Part shown: in pieces, positions 1 through 8,493 of the stretch | Numbering within the stretch: the stretch's first letter is position 1 | Layout: each line of letters opens with the position of its first letter | Source: an uncultured Oscillospiraceae bacterium | GTDB lineage: Bacteria > Bacillota > Clostridia > Oscillospirales > Ruminococcaceae | Direction: 5' to 3' | NCBI GenBank assembly: GCA_964581405.1 | Contig: CAZOOL010000001.1 | Coordinates: 1-41,150, forward strand | Length of the DNA: 41,150 nucleotides | The notes under the pieces: generated by a model | What the model was told of the DNA's origin: nothing | Database searches by the model: none | What the model saw: only the letters and a program-made list of their open reading frames with translations | Made by a program: the position numbers and the translations under genes

Positions 1-1
1 A

Positions 2-835
2 GAAAAAAGAATTGTTTTTAACACTAAATATGATGAAACAGCCGGAAAAAAAGCATTTGAAATTATGGGCAAAAAATACCCCGGGATGAAAAGTACAGGA
101 AGCTTTATTGTTAAATTATTTGAAGATGACCCTAAATACAAATTGTTAATACAATATTTAGAGGAAAATAGTTTTTCAAAATTCATAACGGATGATGAAG
201 TATTTTCTAAAGAAGAGATGCTTTCGGCACCTATAATGCAGATGAAACCGGATTCATATACAGAAAGTCGTCCTATGCCTAAGGAAAATTATGGATTTCT
301 TAAAGTATCATATGACCAAAACAGCGGTTGCGATATCTGTACAAAGGGAAAAATTCAGAATAAACCTTTACAGCTAATAGAAAAAACCAGTTTGGGAAAA
401 AAGGACATCATCGGTTTACGGTGGACATATGGTTTTCTTGTTTCAAAGAGATTTAAAGAACTTGCAGAAGAAGCTGGACTTACAGGATGCGAATTTTGGC
501 CGATTATAAAATATAAGGAACAAAAGCCTTTTGAAGAGATTTTTCAGCTCAAGATAACCGGAGTTATGCCAAAAATGGCAAATGAAACAAATATTATTCA
601 TGATTTTAGCGCGTGCAATATATGCGGTCATGAAAAGGTCTATCCTAAAGGTCGTATTTATTATAACGCAAGTGATTTGAAAGATGTTCCGGATTTTGCT
701 CTTACTCAGGAGTGGTTTGGTATGTATTGGGATATTTGGCAATGGCCTTTTATGTCGCAAAAAGCATATCGCTTTTTCAAAGAAAACAAGATAAGCGGCA
801 TGAGGTTTTATCCTCCGGAAATTCTTGATAAATAA
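2..835 (+). CDS. hypothetical protein with two internally repeated CxxC modules; reading frame is open to the window edge, so possibly 5'-truncated
   Basis: The track ORF 65..835 has no stop codon upstream in the same frame back to nt 2 and no Shine-Dalgarno before ATG 65. There are two repeated modules: SGCDICTKGK...VSKRFKELAEEAGLTGCEFWPI and SACNICGHEK...MSQKAYRFFKENKISGMRFYPPEI. TAA stop followed by a terminator. Confidence 0.5.
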   Translation, partial: EKRIVFNTKYDETAGKKAFEIMGKKYPGMKSTGSFIVKLFEDDPKYKLLIQYLEENSFSKFITDDEVFSKEEMLSAPIMQMKPDSYTESRPMPKENYGFLKVSYDQNSGCDICTKGKIQNKPLQLIEKTSLGKKDIIGLRWTYGFLVSKRFKELAEEAGLTGCEFWPIIKYKEQKPFEEIFQLKITGVMPKMANETNIIHDFSACNICGHEKVYPKGRIYYNASDLKDVPDFALTQEWFGMYWDIWQWPFMSQKAYRFFKENKISGMRFYPPEILDK

Positions 836-841
836 TAAAAG

Positions 842-868
842 AGCCCCTCTTTCGAGGGGCTATTTTTA
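842..868 (+). terminator. rho-independent terminator
   Basis: Hairpin agcccctc-tttc-gaggggct followed by a T-run. Confidence 0.7.
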
Positions 869-931
869 TGTTGACAATAAAAAAGAATAGAGTTAATATC
901 AAAGTATAACTAACATTTGTAGGTGATTACA

Positions 932-1456
932 ATGATTGTATATAGAAAAGTGGAAAATTGCCAACATGAACTTTCATCCGCTCCTCTTTTATATGTAAGA
1001 TATGAAAGATATGAGGAGATAACATTTACAATTAAACCAATTTCTTCAAATTCTGTTTTTCAGGAAGCTTTTGGAATATATTTGAATCCTGATTTTGCAG
1101 GTGTGATTTATGTAAATGGCGAAAAGGTTAGTTTGGATAAATCAAAATGGAGAAACTTGATTTTTTGGGAAGAAAATGGAAAATTTTTATTTTGGAGCGA
1201 TGCCCCAGCCGAAAAAGAATACAAAATTAATATAAAATTCAAAAAGGGAAGTATCGCGATTGATAACGGGTACGATCCTAAGATAGAAATTGAAAATCCC
1301 CGTTCATATTGCAAAACCATTGGAAAACTTTTTATTATGGAACCTTTATCTGATAATGAATTTATTGTGCGTTGTGGCAATGCGGATAATTTGAAATGTT
1401 TTAATGATTTGGTTCTTTATTTGAAAGTAGAACTCGGTGAAGAAGTAGATTCATAA
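932..1456 (+). CDS. hypothetical protein (no recognisable motif)
   Basis: ORF 923..1456. ATG 932 lies 6 nt after AGGTG (921..925), so it is preferred over GTG 923. TAA stop followed by a terminator. Confidence 0.55.
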   Translation: MIVYRKVENCQHELSSAPLLYVRYERYEEITFTIKPISSNSVFQEAFGIYLNPDFAGVIYVNGEKVSLDKSKWRNLIFWEENGKFLFWSDAPAEKEYKINIKFKKGSIAIDNGYDPKIEIENPRSYCKTIGKLFIMEPLSDNEFIVRCGNADNLKCFNDLVLYLKVELGEEVDS

Positions 1457-1472
1457 TATTATGATAAAAAAA

Positions 1473-1501
1473 CAGCCCCTCTTCCGAGGGGTTGTTTTTT
1501 A
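1473..1501. terminator. bidirectional rho-independent terminator (A-run / hairpin / T-run) between convergent genes
   Basis: Hairpin cagcccctc-ttcc-gaggggttg, flanked by aaaaaaa upstream and tttttt downstream. Confidence 0.7.
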
Positions 1502-1503
1502 TG

Positions 1504-1551
1504 CGTGCTCATTTGAGCACGGGATTGAATTTTTCTTGAGCACGGTGCTCA
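1504..1551. repeat. two copies of the GTGCTCA/TGAGCAC palindromic hairpin motif that recurs at 35158..35191 and 40609..40641
   Basis: cgtgctc-attt-gagcacg (1504..1521) and tgagcac-g-gtgctca (1537..1551). The second overlaps the pepT stop codon. Confidence 0.4.
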
Positions 1552-2778
1552 TTTGGTCTGTTCGCCGTAAATAACGGCGATGTTTTTTATCATTTCAACG
1601 GCTTTGTCCATCTGTTCGATGCTTGCAAATTCAAATTTGCCGTGGAAGTTATAGCCGCCGGTGCCGAGGTTCGGGCAGGGAAGACCCATGAAGGAAAGAA
1701 CACAGCCGTCGGTGCCGCCGCGAACAGGGTTGGTGACAGGCTCGGTTCCGAGGGCGCGGATAGCCTTCTGTGCGTTTTCGATAAGATGCCAATGGTCTTT
1801 GATGATAACGCTCATGTTTTTGTAATCGAAGCCGGTTTCTGCAACAACGGTTCCCTCGCCGTAACGGCGGTTGATTTCGTCTGCGGCGCGTTTGATGTAT
1901 TCAACGCGGTAAGCGAGTTTATCCGCATCGTGGTCGCGGATAATGTAATAAATTTCCGCGTTGTCACAGGTGCCTTTCATACCGGTGATGTGATAAAAAC
2001 CTTCGTATTTTTCGGTGTGCTCGGGTCTTTCAACAGCGGGAAGGAGAGAGTTGAATTCCATTGCGACGATGGAAGCGTTTATCATCTTGTCCTTTGCGCT
2101 GCCGGGATGGACGGAAACGCCGTTGAATGTGATGTGTGCGTGAGCGGCGTTGAAGGTTTCGCATTCAACTTCGCCGAATGCGCCGCCATCGAGAGTATAG
2201 GCATAATCTGCGCCGAAGCGTTCCAGGTCAAAACGGTTTGCGCCTCTGCCGATTTCCTCGTCGGGGGTGAAACCGATCATGATTTTGCCGTGTTTGATTT
2301 CGGGGTTTGCGAGGAGTTCTTCCGCGGCGGTAAGGATTTCCGCAACGCCGTTTTTGTCGTCCGCGCCGAGAAGGGTGGTACCGTCGGTGACGATAAGGTG
2401 CTGTCCGACAAGTTCGTTCATCTCCGGAAAGTCCTTGCAGGAAAGATAAATATTCTCTTTTTCATTAAGAAGAACGTCACCGCCCTGATAATCGACGATT
2501 TTCGGCTTGATATTGATGCAGGGAACCTCCGCGACAACGTCCATGTGGGCGATGAAGCCGATAACGGGAGCGTTTTCGCATCCGGCGGAGGCAGGGATTT
2601 CGCCATAGACGTATCCGTTGTCATCAATGACAACGTTGCTGATGCCCATCTCCACCATTTCATCACAAAGCGCCTTTCCGAGGATAAGCTGTTCGGAAGT
2701 GCTGGGGCAGGTTTCGCTGTTTTCATCGGAAGCGGTGGGATATTGCACGTATTTAAGAAGTCTTTCGTATGCTTTCAT
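1549..2778 (-). CDS. pepT: peptidase T (tripeptide aminopeptidase, M20B family)
   Basis: The translation MKAYERLLKYVQYPTASDENSETCPST...IGFIAHMDVV...TPDEEIG is PepT-like over its full length. Start moved to ATG 2778, which is preceded by GGAGGTAAAA; the track ORF starts 11 codons earlier. Confidence 0.9.
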   Translation of the reverse strand: MKAYERLLKYVQYPTASDENSETCPSTSEQLILGKALCDEMVEMGISNVVIDDNGYVYGEIPASAGCENAPVIGFIAHMDVVAEVPCINIKPKIVDYQGGDVLLNEKENIYLSCKDFPEMNELVGQHLIVTDGTTLLGADDKNGVAEILTAAEELLANPEIKHGKIMIGFTPDEEIGRGANRFDLERFGADYAYTLDGGAFGEVECETFNAAHAHITFNGVSVHPGSAKDKMINASIVAMEFNSLLPAVERPEHTEKYEGFYHITGMKGTCDNAEIYYIIRDHDADKLAYRVEYIKRAADEINRRYGEGTVVAETGFDYKNMSVIIKDHWHLIENAQKAIRALGTEPVTNPVRGGTDGCVLSFMGLPCPNLGTGGYNFHGKFEFASIEQMDKAVEMIKNIAVIYGEQTK

Positions 2779-2938
2779 TTTTACCTCCAAAAGAGTGCAA
2801 AAAAATTGCACTTAATACATTAAATTATATCAAAACCCGTGGAAATATGCAATGCCCAAAATAACGTGTTTTATTGTTTAAAATGTATAAATCTTTTCAC
2901 TTTTTATTAAACAAAATAGCGATATTTAAGAAAACGCA

Positions 2939-2967
2939 TTTACAAAAAGTGTAAATACAGTTATAAT
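2939..2967 (+). promoter_or_regulatory. candidate sigma-A promoter of the ABC/GDPD operon
   Basis: TTTACA, 17-nt spacer, TATAAT, about 60 nt upstream of the SBP start. Confidence 0.45.
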
Positions 2968-3029
2968 ATGGTCAGTGCAGAACAACAATTATCCATGTGC
3001 ACTAATCTATTTCAGAGAGAAGGATTAAA

Positions 3030-4115
3030 ATGCGTACCACAATTAAACTGATTGCAATTCTTGCTTGCCTTGCACTCGTATTTGCCGGCTGTTCCGGCGG
3101 CGAAACCAACGAAGTTGACCTCAACTCCTATACCCTTGAAGAAATCATCGAAAAAGCAAAGGCGGAAGGCCATGTTGAATCCGTCGGTATGCCCGATTCC
3201 TGGGCAAACTGGGGACTTTCCTGGGACGGTCTTGAAGCTGAATACGGCATTACTCAGTCCGACGTTGATATGAGCTCCGCAGAAGAGCTTACTGCTTTCG
3301 CAAACGACAATACCAAAGACATCGGCGACGTTGGTATTGCATTTACTCAGCAGGCAATTGACGACGGTCTTGTACAGTCCTATAAGACCTCTTACTGGGA
3401 TTCCGTTCCGGACTGGGCAAAAGACCCCGACGGCCTTTGGATGATTGCCTACACCGGATGCACCGCATTCATTTATAACAATGACCTTTGCGATGAACCC
3501 ATGCCTACCTCCTGGGCTGACGTTCGTGAAGGCACCTATACCGTTTCCATCGGCGACGTAGTCGGCGGCGCAACCGGTCAGGGTGTTGTTGTTGCAACTG
3601 CATATGCATTCGGCGGCGACCTCGATAATCTTGAACCTGCTTTTGAATTCTGGCTTGAAATGGCAAAAGCCGGCCGTATCAATAAACTTGATATCCTCCT
3701 TCAGAATATTGAAGCAGGCGAAATCCAGCTCGGCGTAACCTGGTCCTATAATGCACTTACCTACAGAGATTCCGCAATTAACAGCAAGGGCTATGATATG
3801 ACCACCTGCATTCCTTCCGACGGCGCCATCCTTGTCGGATATGCATCCATCATCAATAAGAATTCCGATACTCCCTTTGCAGCAGCACTCGCAAGAGAGT
3901 ATATCTTCTCCGATGCAGGTCAGATCAACCTTGCTAAAGCAGGCGCTGTTCCCACCAGAACCGACGTTGAGATACCCGCAGAAGTCGTAGCACAGACTTT
4001 CGATCCTTCCGAATATGCAAACGCAGTCGGTATTGAGGACGCAGCACATTATGCAGAAGTTTGCGCAGAGATTTCTGCTTGGTGGCAGGAAAATATCATC
4101 CCGCTTCTCGGATAA
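3030..4115 (+). CDS. ABC transporter substrate-binding lipoprotein (PotD/AfuA-like family, ligand unknown)
   Basis: Lipoprotein signal peptide ILACLALVFAGCSGG. It is about 360 aa, the size and composition of polyamine/iron-type SBPs. It is followed by two PotB/PotC-like permeases and a PotA-like ATPase. Confidence 0.85.
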   Translation: MRTTIKLIAILACLALVFAGCSGGETNEVDLNSYTLEEIIEKAKAEGHVESVGMPDSWANWGLSWDGLEAEYGITQSDVDMSSAEELTAFANDNTKDIGDVGIAFTQQAIDDGLVQSYKTSYWDSVPDWAKDPDGLWMIAYTGCTAFIYNNDLCDEPMPTSWADVREGTYTVSIGDVVGGATGQGVVVATAYAFGGDLDNLEPAFEFWLEMAKAGRINKLDILLQNIEAGEIQLGVTWSYNALTYRDSAINSKGYDMTTCIPSDGAILVGYASIINKNSDTPFAAALAREYIFSDAGQINLAKAGAVPTRTDVEIPAEVVAQTFDPSEYANAVGIEDAAHYAEVCAEISAWWQENIIPLLG

Positions 4116-4149
4116 TCATTTGATTAAAGTTTAATCGATAAGCAACGAG

Positions 4150-4187
4150 AATGGGGCGTGCTTAATAAAAGTACGCCCCATTTTTTA
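4150..4187 (+). terminator. intra-operon hairpin + T-run after the SBP gene (partial terminator/attenuator)
   Basis: aatggggcgt-13 nt loop-acgccccatt followed by tttttt. Confidence 0.6.
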
Positions 4188-4203
4188 AGTGAGGTGTGAC
4201 CCT

Positions 4204-5082
4204 ATGAAAAAACAAGCCTGCGGCAAAAAGATGACGAGCAAATATGTTTATCTGCTCGCGCTGCTTCCTTTCGTTATTGTCGTTCTGCTGTTCGAACTTT
4301 TGCCGCTTGTAATGCTTATTATTAACAGCTTCGGTTCGGACGCTGATAAGGAAATTCTTTTCACTCTTGAAAATTATAAGAAAATATTTTCGACTTTACT
4401 TTATCAGACTTCAATAAAAAACAGTCTTATAATTACTGCGGTTTCAACCGCTGCGGGAATAGTTATAGCATTCCTCGGAGCACAGGCTGCTCATAATTCC
4501 AGAGGAAAATTCAGAACCGCATTTATGGCTGTGCTCAATATGACATCCAACTTTGCGGGTGTTCCGCTTGCTTTTGCTTATGTCATTATTCTCGGAAATT
4601 CGGGTGTCATCAAACAGATCGCGAATCTTTACGGAATCGAATTTATCCAGAATTTCGATCTTTATTCCAGCAGCGGCCTTGTTCTTATGTATATTTATTT
4701 CCAGATTCCGCTTTCTACGCTGCTTCTTATTCCTGCGTTCAATGGAATAAAAAAGGAATGGCAGGAAGCAAATATGCTCCTCGGCGGAAGAAGCAGCACT
4801 TTCTGGTTCAAAGTAGGTATTCCGGTTCTTATGCCGAGTATTCTTGGAACTATCAGCGTTCTTTTTGCAAATGCGCTTTGCGCATACGCAACCGCATATG
4901 CGCTCCTCATGAACAACTTCTCGCTTTTGCCGATCAATATTTCCGCGGCGTTCACTGGCGATATCAGAAGCCAGCCGGCGCTTGGCGCTGCGCTTTCCGT
5001 TGTCATGATGGTGCTTATGTGTGTTGTTATTCTTCTTAACAACTACATCGTCAAAAAGACGACACAATGGAAAACGAGGTGA
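4204..5082 (+). CDS. ABC transporter permease (PotB-like)
   Basis: Multi-TM protein of the binding-protein-dependent transport inner-membrane family. ATG 4204 after AGGTG is preferred to GTG 4189. Confidence 0.85.
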   Translation: MKKQACGKKMTSKYVYLLALLPFVIVVLLFELLPLVMLIINSFGSDADKEILFTLENYKKIFSTLLYQTSIKNSLIITAVSTAAGIVIAFLGAQAAHNSRGKFRTAFMAVLNMTSNFAGVPLAFAYVIILGNSGVIKQIANLYGIEFIQNFDLYSSSGLVLMYIYFQIPLSTLLLIPAFNGIKKEWQEANMLLGGRSSTFWFKVGIPVLMPSILGTISVLFANALCAYATAYALLMNNFSLLPINISAAFTGDIRSQPALGAALSVVMMVLMCVVILLNNYIVKKTTQWKTR

Positions 5083-5087
5083 GCGAT

Positions 5088-5897
5088 ATGAATAAATGGT
5101 CCAAAGTTTCAGCAAATATCGTTATGACCTGCGTTATCGTATGGCTTCTTATTCCGCTTGTTGCGACAATTCTTTATTCGCTGTTTGAAAAATGGACGGG
5201 CATTATCCCCGCAGGTTTTTCCCTCGACAGCTATAAGGCGATACTCAGCAACACAAGCTTCCTTACTTCGATTTATCAGACTATCCTGCTTTGCGTGATT
5301 CCGATAGTCCTCACGATAATTCTCGTTCTTCTTGCGCTTTTTGTTGTTACAATCTATTTTCCGAACCTCGAGAAATACCTCCAGATTCTCTGTATGATTC
5401 CTTATACCATTCAGGGCGTTATCCTTTCCGTATCAATTCTTTCTCTTTACGGAAAGAGCGGAACCATTCTTGGCGAAAGAATGGTAATGCTTATCGGAGC
5501 ATACTGCATAATCATTCTTCCGCATATTTATCAGGGCATAAGGAACAGTATGCATGCGGTAAATATGCCGATGCTTCTCGAAGCGGCGGAAATGCTCGGC
5601 GCAAGCAAGCTTTATGCGTTTTTCAGGGTAATCGTTCCAAACATTATAACCGGTATCACCGTTTCCTCTCTTCTTGCGGTCGGTATTCTCTTTGGTGACT
5701 ACGTCATCATCAGAAACCTTTCCGGAAGCGGAATTTCGAACATGCAGGTATTCCTGTATCAGACGATGAAACGTTCCAGTACGGAATCCGCGGCGGTTTT
5801 TGTAATCATCATGCTCATCACTTTTGTGATAACCGCGCTGGTGCTTTACCTCCAAAGCCGCAACAAACTCGAGAAAATCCAAAAAGAAGGGAGATAA
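5088..5897 (+). CDS. ABC transporter permease (PotC-like)
   Basis: Multi-TM permease. ATG 5088 is preceded by GAGGTGA. Confidence 0.85.
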   Translation: MNKWSKVSANIVMTCVIVWLLIPLVATILYSLFEKWTGIIPAGFSLDSYKAILSNTSFLTSIYQTILLCVIPIVLTIILVLLALFVVTIYFPNLEKYLQILCMIPYTIQGVILSVSILSLYGKSGTILGERMVMLIGAYCIIILPHIYQGIRNSMHAVNMPMLLEAAEMLGASKLYAFFRVIVPNIITGITVSSLLAVGILFGDYVIIRNLSGSGISNMQVFLYQTMKRSSTESAAVFVIIMLITFVITALVLYLQSRNKLEKIQKEGR

Positions 5898-5903
5898 GCA
5901 GTA

Positions 5904-6911
5904 ATGTCTTATATTCGTTTTGAAAATCTTAACAAATCTTTCGGAGATAACCACGTTCTCAAAGATATAAATCTCGACGTTGAGAAAGGCGAACTTGTAA
6001 CCCTTCTCGGTCCCTCCGGCTGCGGCAAATCGACTCTTCTCCGCTGCCTTTCCGGTCTTGAACAGGTAACCAGCGGAAGAATTTATCTTGACGGGGTGGA
6101 TATCACAGACGTAAGTCCCCGCGACCGCGGAATAGGAATGGTCTTCCAGCAGTATTCTCTTTTCCCGAACATGAGCGTAAAGGATAACGTCGCTTTCGGT
6201 CTTAAAATGAAAAAAGTTCCGAAGGATGAAATTGAAAAGAAAGTAAAAGAAATGCTTGATATTGTCGGTCTTTCCGATAAAATCGACCAGTTCCCGATGC
6301 AGCTTTCCGGCGGTCAGCAGCAGCGTGTCGCTCTTGCGAGAGCAATCGTCACAGAGCCGAAGGTCCTCCTTCTTGATGAACCGCTTTCCGCAATCGATGC
6401 GCTTCTCCGCCATAATCTTCAGATTGAGATCAGAAGAATCCAGAAGGAACTCAACATCACCACTATCTTCGTAACCCACGACCAGGACGAAGCAATGGTT
6501 ATGTCCGATACCATTCATCTTTTTAATGCGGGTCATATTGAACAGTCCGGCAGTCCAGTTGAGCTTTATACTGCTCCGGCAACAAAATTTGCGGCTTCCT
6601 TTATCGGAAACTACAATCTTCTCAGCGCGAAAAAATTTGGCAGAGCCTGCGGCGATATGCTTGAATGTGAGGACGTTGCAATCAGACCTGAAATCGTAAG
6701 AATTCATAAAGAACCTGTCGAGTCCGGAAGCTGCTATCAGTTCAAGGGAAAGATCACCAGCTTTATCTCTCACGGAAACGTCATCCGCTTCCACGTTGAA
6801 TGTGAGGATATTTGGCTCAATGCGGACGTTGTTTTTGAACGCGAGCTTGCCTATAACGAAGGCGACGAAGTTTATGTTTCCGTAGAAAAAGACCTTGTCA
6901 TCAAACTCTGA
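5904..6911 (+). CDS. ABC transporter ATP-binding protein (PotA-like, with C-terminal regulatory/TOBE-like extension)
   Basis: Walker A GPSGCGKST, signature LSGGQQQRV, Walker B LLLDEPLSA. Confidence 0.9.
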   Translation: MSYIRFENLNKSFGDNHVLKDINLDVEKGELVTLLGPSGCGKSTLLRCLSGLEQVTSGRIYLDGVDITDVSPRDRGIGMVFQQYSLFPNMSVKDNVAFGLKMKKVPKDEIEKKVKEMLDIVGLSDKIDQFPMQLSGGQQQRVALARAIVTEPKVLLLDEPLSAIDALLRHNLQIEIRRIQKELNITTIFVTHDQDEAMVMSDTIHLFNAGHIEQSGSPVELYTAPATKFAASFIGNYNLLSAKKFGRACGDMLECEDVAIRPEIVRIHKEPVESGSCYQFKGKITSFISHGNVIRFHVECEDIWLNADVVFERELAYNEGDEVYVSVEKDLVIKL

Positions 6912-6935
6912 CGGCGTTATAGTAATGGCGAAGCA

Positions 6936-6972
6936 GTACCGGGAAGCGTTTTGATTCCCGGTACATTTTATA
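6936..6972 (+). terminator. hairpin + T-rich tract between the ATPase and the first GDPD gene
   Basis: gtaccgggaa-9 nt loop-ttcccggtac, then attttat. Confidence 0.6.
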
Positions 6973-7000
6973 AAAAATAATATTTTTTTGGAGGAAAGTT

Positions 7001-7735
7001 ATGACTAAAATCTATGCTCATCGTGGTTTTTCCGAAAAATATCCTGAAAATACAATGCTTGCTTTCAGAAAAGCGGCAGAAATCGGTGCGGAAGGTATTG
7101 AAATCGACGTTCACCTTACTAAGGACGGCGAGCTTGTTGTAATGCATGATGAAAACACAATACGCACCACCGGTGTTGACGCGCTTATCAAAGACCTTAC
7201 CCTCGAGGAGTTCAAGACGCTCGATGCGGGATATATTAAAAAAGGCGAATTTGAGTTCGAGGCTCCGCCTACGCTTCGGGAGGTTTTTGAACTTATGGCA
7301 GAAACCGGGCTCGAATGCAATATTGAAGTCAAAACCGGCGTTTTTGAATATAAAGGCATTGAAAGAAAAATCCTTGCCCTTATGGATGAATACAATCTCC
7401 GCGATAAAATTATCATCAGTTCATTTAATCATTTTACCTGCACCCGTTTCAAGGAACTGGCTCCGGATGTAAAATGCGGCTTCCTCGAGGAAAGCTGGCT
7501 CATTCATCCGGGCGCATATACACGCGCAAGGGGAGTTGAATGTTTCCATCCGTTCTTCAACTGCCTCAACCATGAGAATATGCAGGATCTCCGCAACAAC
7601 GGAATCGAAATTAACGCATGGACGATCAACGATGAGGACGATATGAGAAAAGCGCTCAAGCTTCAGCTTGAAATCGCTATTACCAACCGCCCCGAAAGGT
7701 ATCTTGAAGTCAGAAAGGAAGTATGCGGCGAATGA
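7001..7735 (+). CDS. glycerophosphodiester phosphodiesterase (GDPD family, cytoplasmic)
   Basis: IYAHRGFSEKYPENTMLAF...GIEIDVHLTKDGELVVMHD is the canonical GDPD N-terminal signature. No signal peptide. Confidence 0.9.
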   Translation: MTKIYAHRGFSEKYPENTMLAFRKAAEIGAEGIEIDVHLTKDGELVVMHDENTIRTTGVDALIKDLTLEEFKTLDAGYIKKGEFEFEAPPTLREVFELMAETGLECNIEVKTGVFEYKGIERKILALMDEYNLRDKIIISSFNHFTCTRFKELAPDVKCGFLEESWLIHPGAYTRARGVECFHPFFNCLNHENMQDLRNNGIEINAWTINDEDDMRKALKLQLEIAITNRPERYLEVRKEVCGE

Positions 7736-8439
7736 TGCGTGTTGCACATAGAGGTCTTGCGGGGCTTTATCCGGAAAACACTATGATTTCGTTTGAAAAA
7801 TGTCTCGAGTATTCGCCGGAGGCCATCGAAATGGACGTTCAGATGACCAAAGACGGTGAACTCGTTGTTTTCCATGACGAGGAAGTTTCGCGCACAACCG
7901 GCGCGAAAGGATGGGTCAAGGATATGACCCTTGCGGAAATGCGCGAGCTTGACCCTTCCAACGGCTTTGATATTCATGACCAGAAGGTGCCTACCCTTGA
8001 TGAATATTTCTCCCTTGTGGAGGATAAGGACCTCGTTACCTTCGTTGAACTTAAAAACAGTTTTATTACTTATGACGGAATGGAAGAAAAGGTTCTGGAA
8101 TGTATCGACAGGCACAACCTTCGCAAAAAGGTTATAGTTTATTCCGCTAACCATTATTCCGTTATGAAATTCAAGGCAATGGCGCCGGATATCGAAATTT
8201 GTTTTCCGTTCGATAACTGGATTTTTGATTACGGCGAATACTGTGAAAAACGCAATGTTACCATAACTATCCCGTATCACTTTGCTCTAACGCAGGAAAT
8301 CATGGATGATTTCCACAAGCACGGTGTAAAGGTTTATCCCTGGACAGTGGATGAGCCGGATGAAATGCGCCGTATGCTCGATATGGGAGCTGACGGAATG
8401 CTTACAAACAGGGTGGACTTGCTGACAAATCTTAAATAA
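7723..8439 (+). CDS. glycerophosphodiester phosphodiesterase, tandem paralog
   Basis: RVAHRGLAGLYPENTMISF...AIEMDVQMTKDGELVVFHD. The start (7723, 7732 or 7735) overlaps the stop of the previous gene. Confidence 0.9.
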   Translation: MRRMMRVAHRGLAGLYPENTMISFEKCLEYSPEAIEMDVQMTKDGELVVFHDEEVSRTTGAKGWVKDMTLAEMRELDPSNGFDIHDQKVPTLDEYFSLVEDKDLVTFVELKNSFITYDGMEEKVLECIDRHNLRKKVIVYSANHYSVMKFKAMAPDIEICFPFDNWIFDYGEYCEKRNVTITIPYHFALTQEIMDDFHKHGVKVYPWTVDEPDEMRRMLDMGADGMLTNRVDLLTNLK

Positions 8440-8450
8440 TATCCGAACCT

Positions 8451-8487
8451 AAAAAAAGCCTTCGCGGTGCTCCGCGAAGGCTTTTTT
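8451..8487. terminator. bidirectional rho-independent terminator
   Basis: aaaaaaa + gccttcgcgg-tgct-ccgcgaaggc + tttttt between convergent genes. Confidence 0.75.
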
Positions 8488-8493
8488 GTGCAG

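Noticed and set aside
4444-5115. Several 60-220-aa overlapping ORFs inside the permease genes (for example 4444..5115 on the minus strand, and 4758..5039 and 5291..5698 on the plus strand).
   Set aside because: They are alternative frames of clear multi-TM permease genes. Their translations are Arg/Ser-rich with no RBS.
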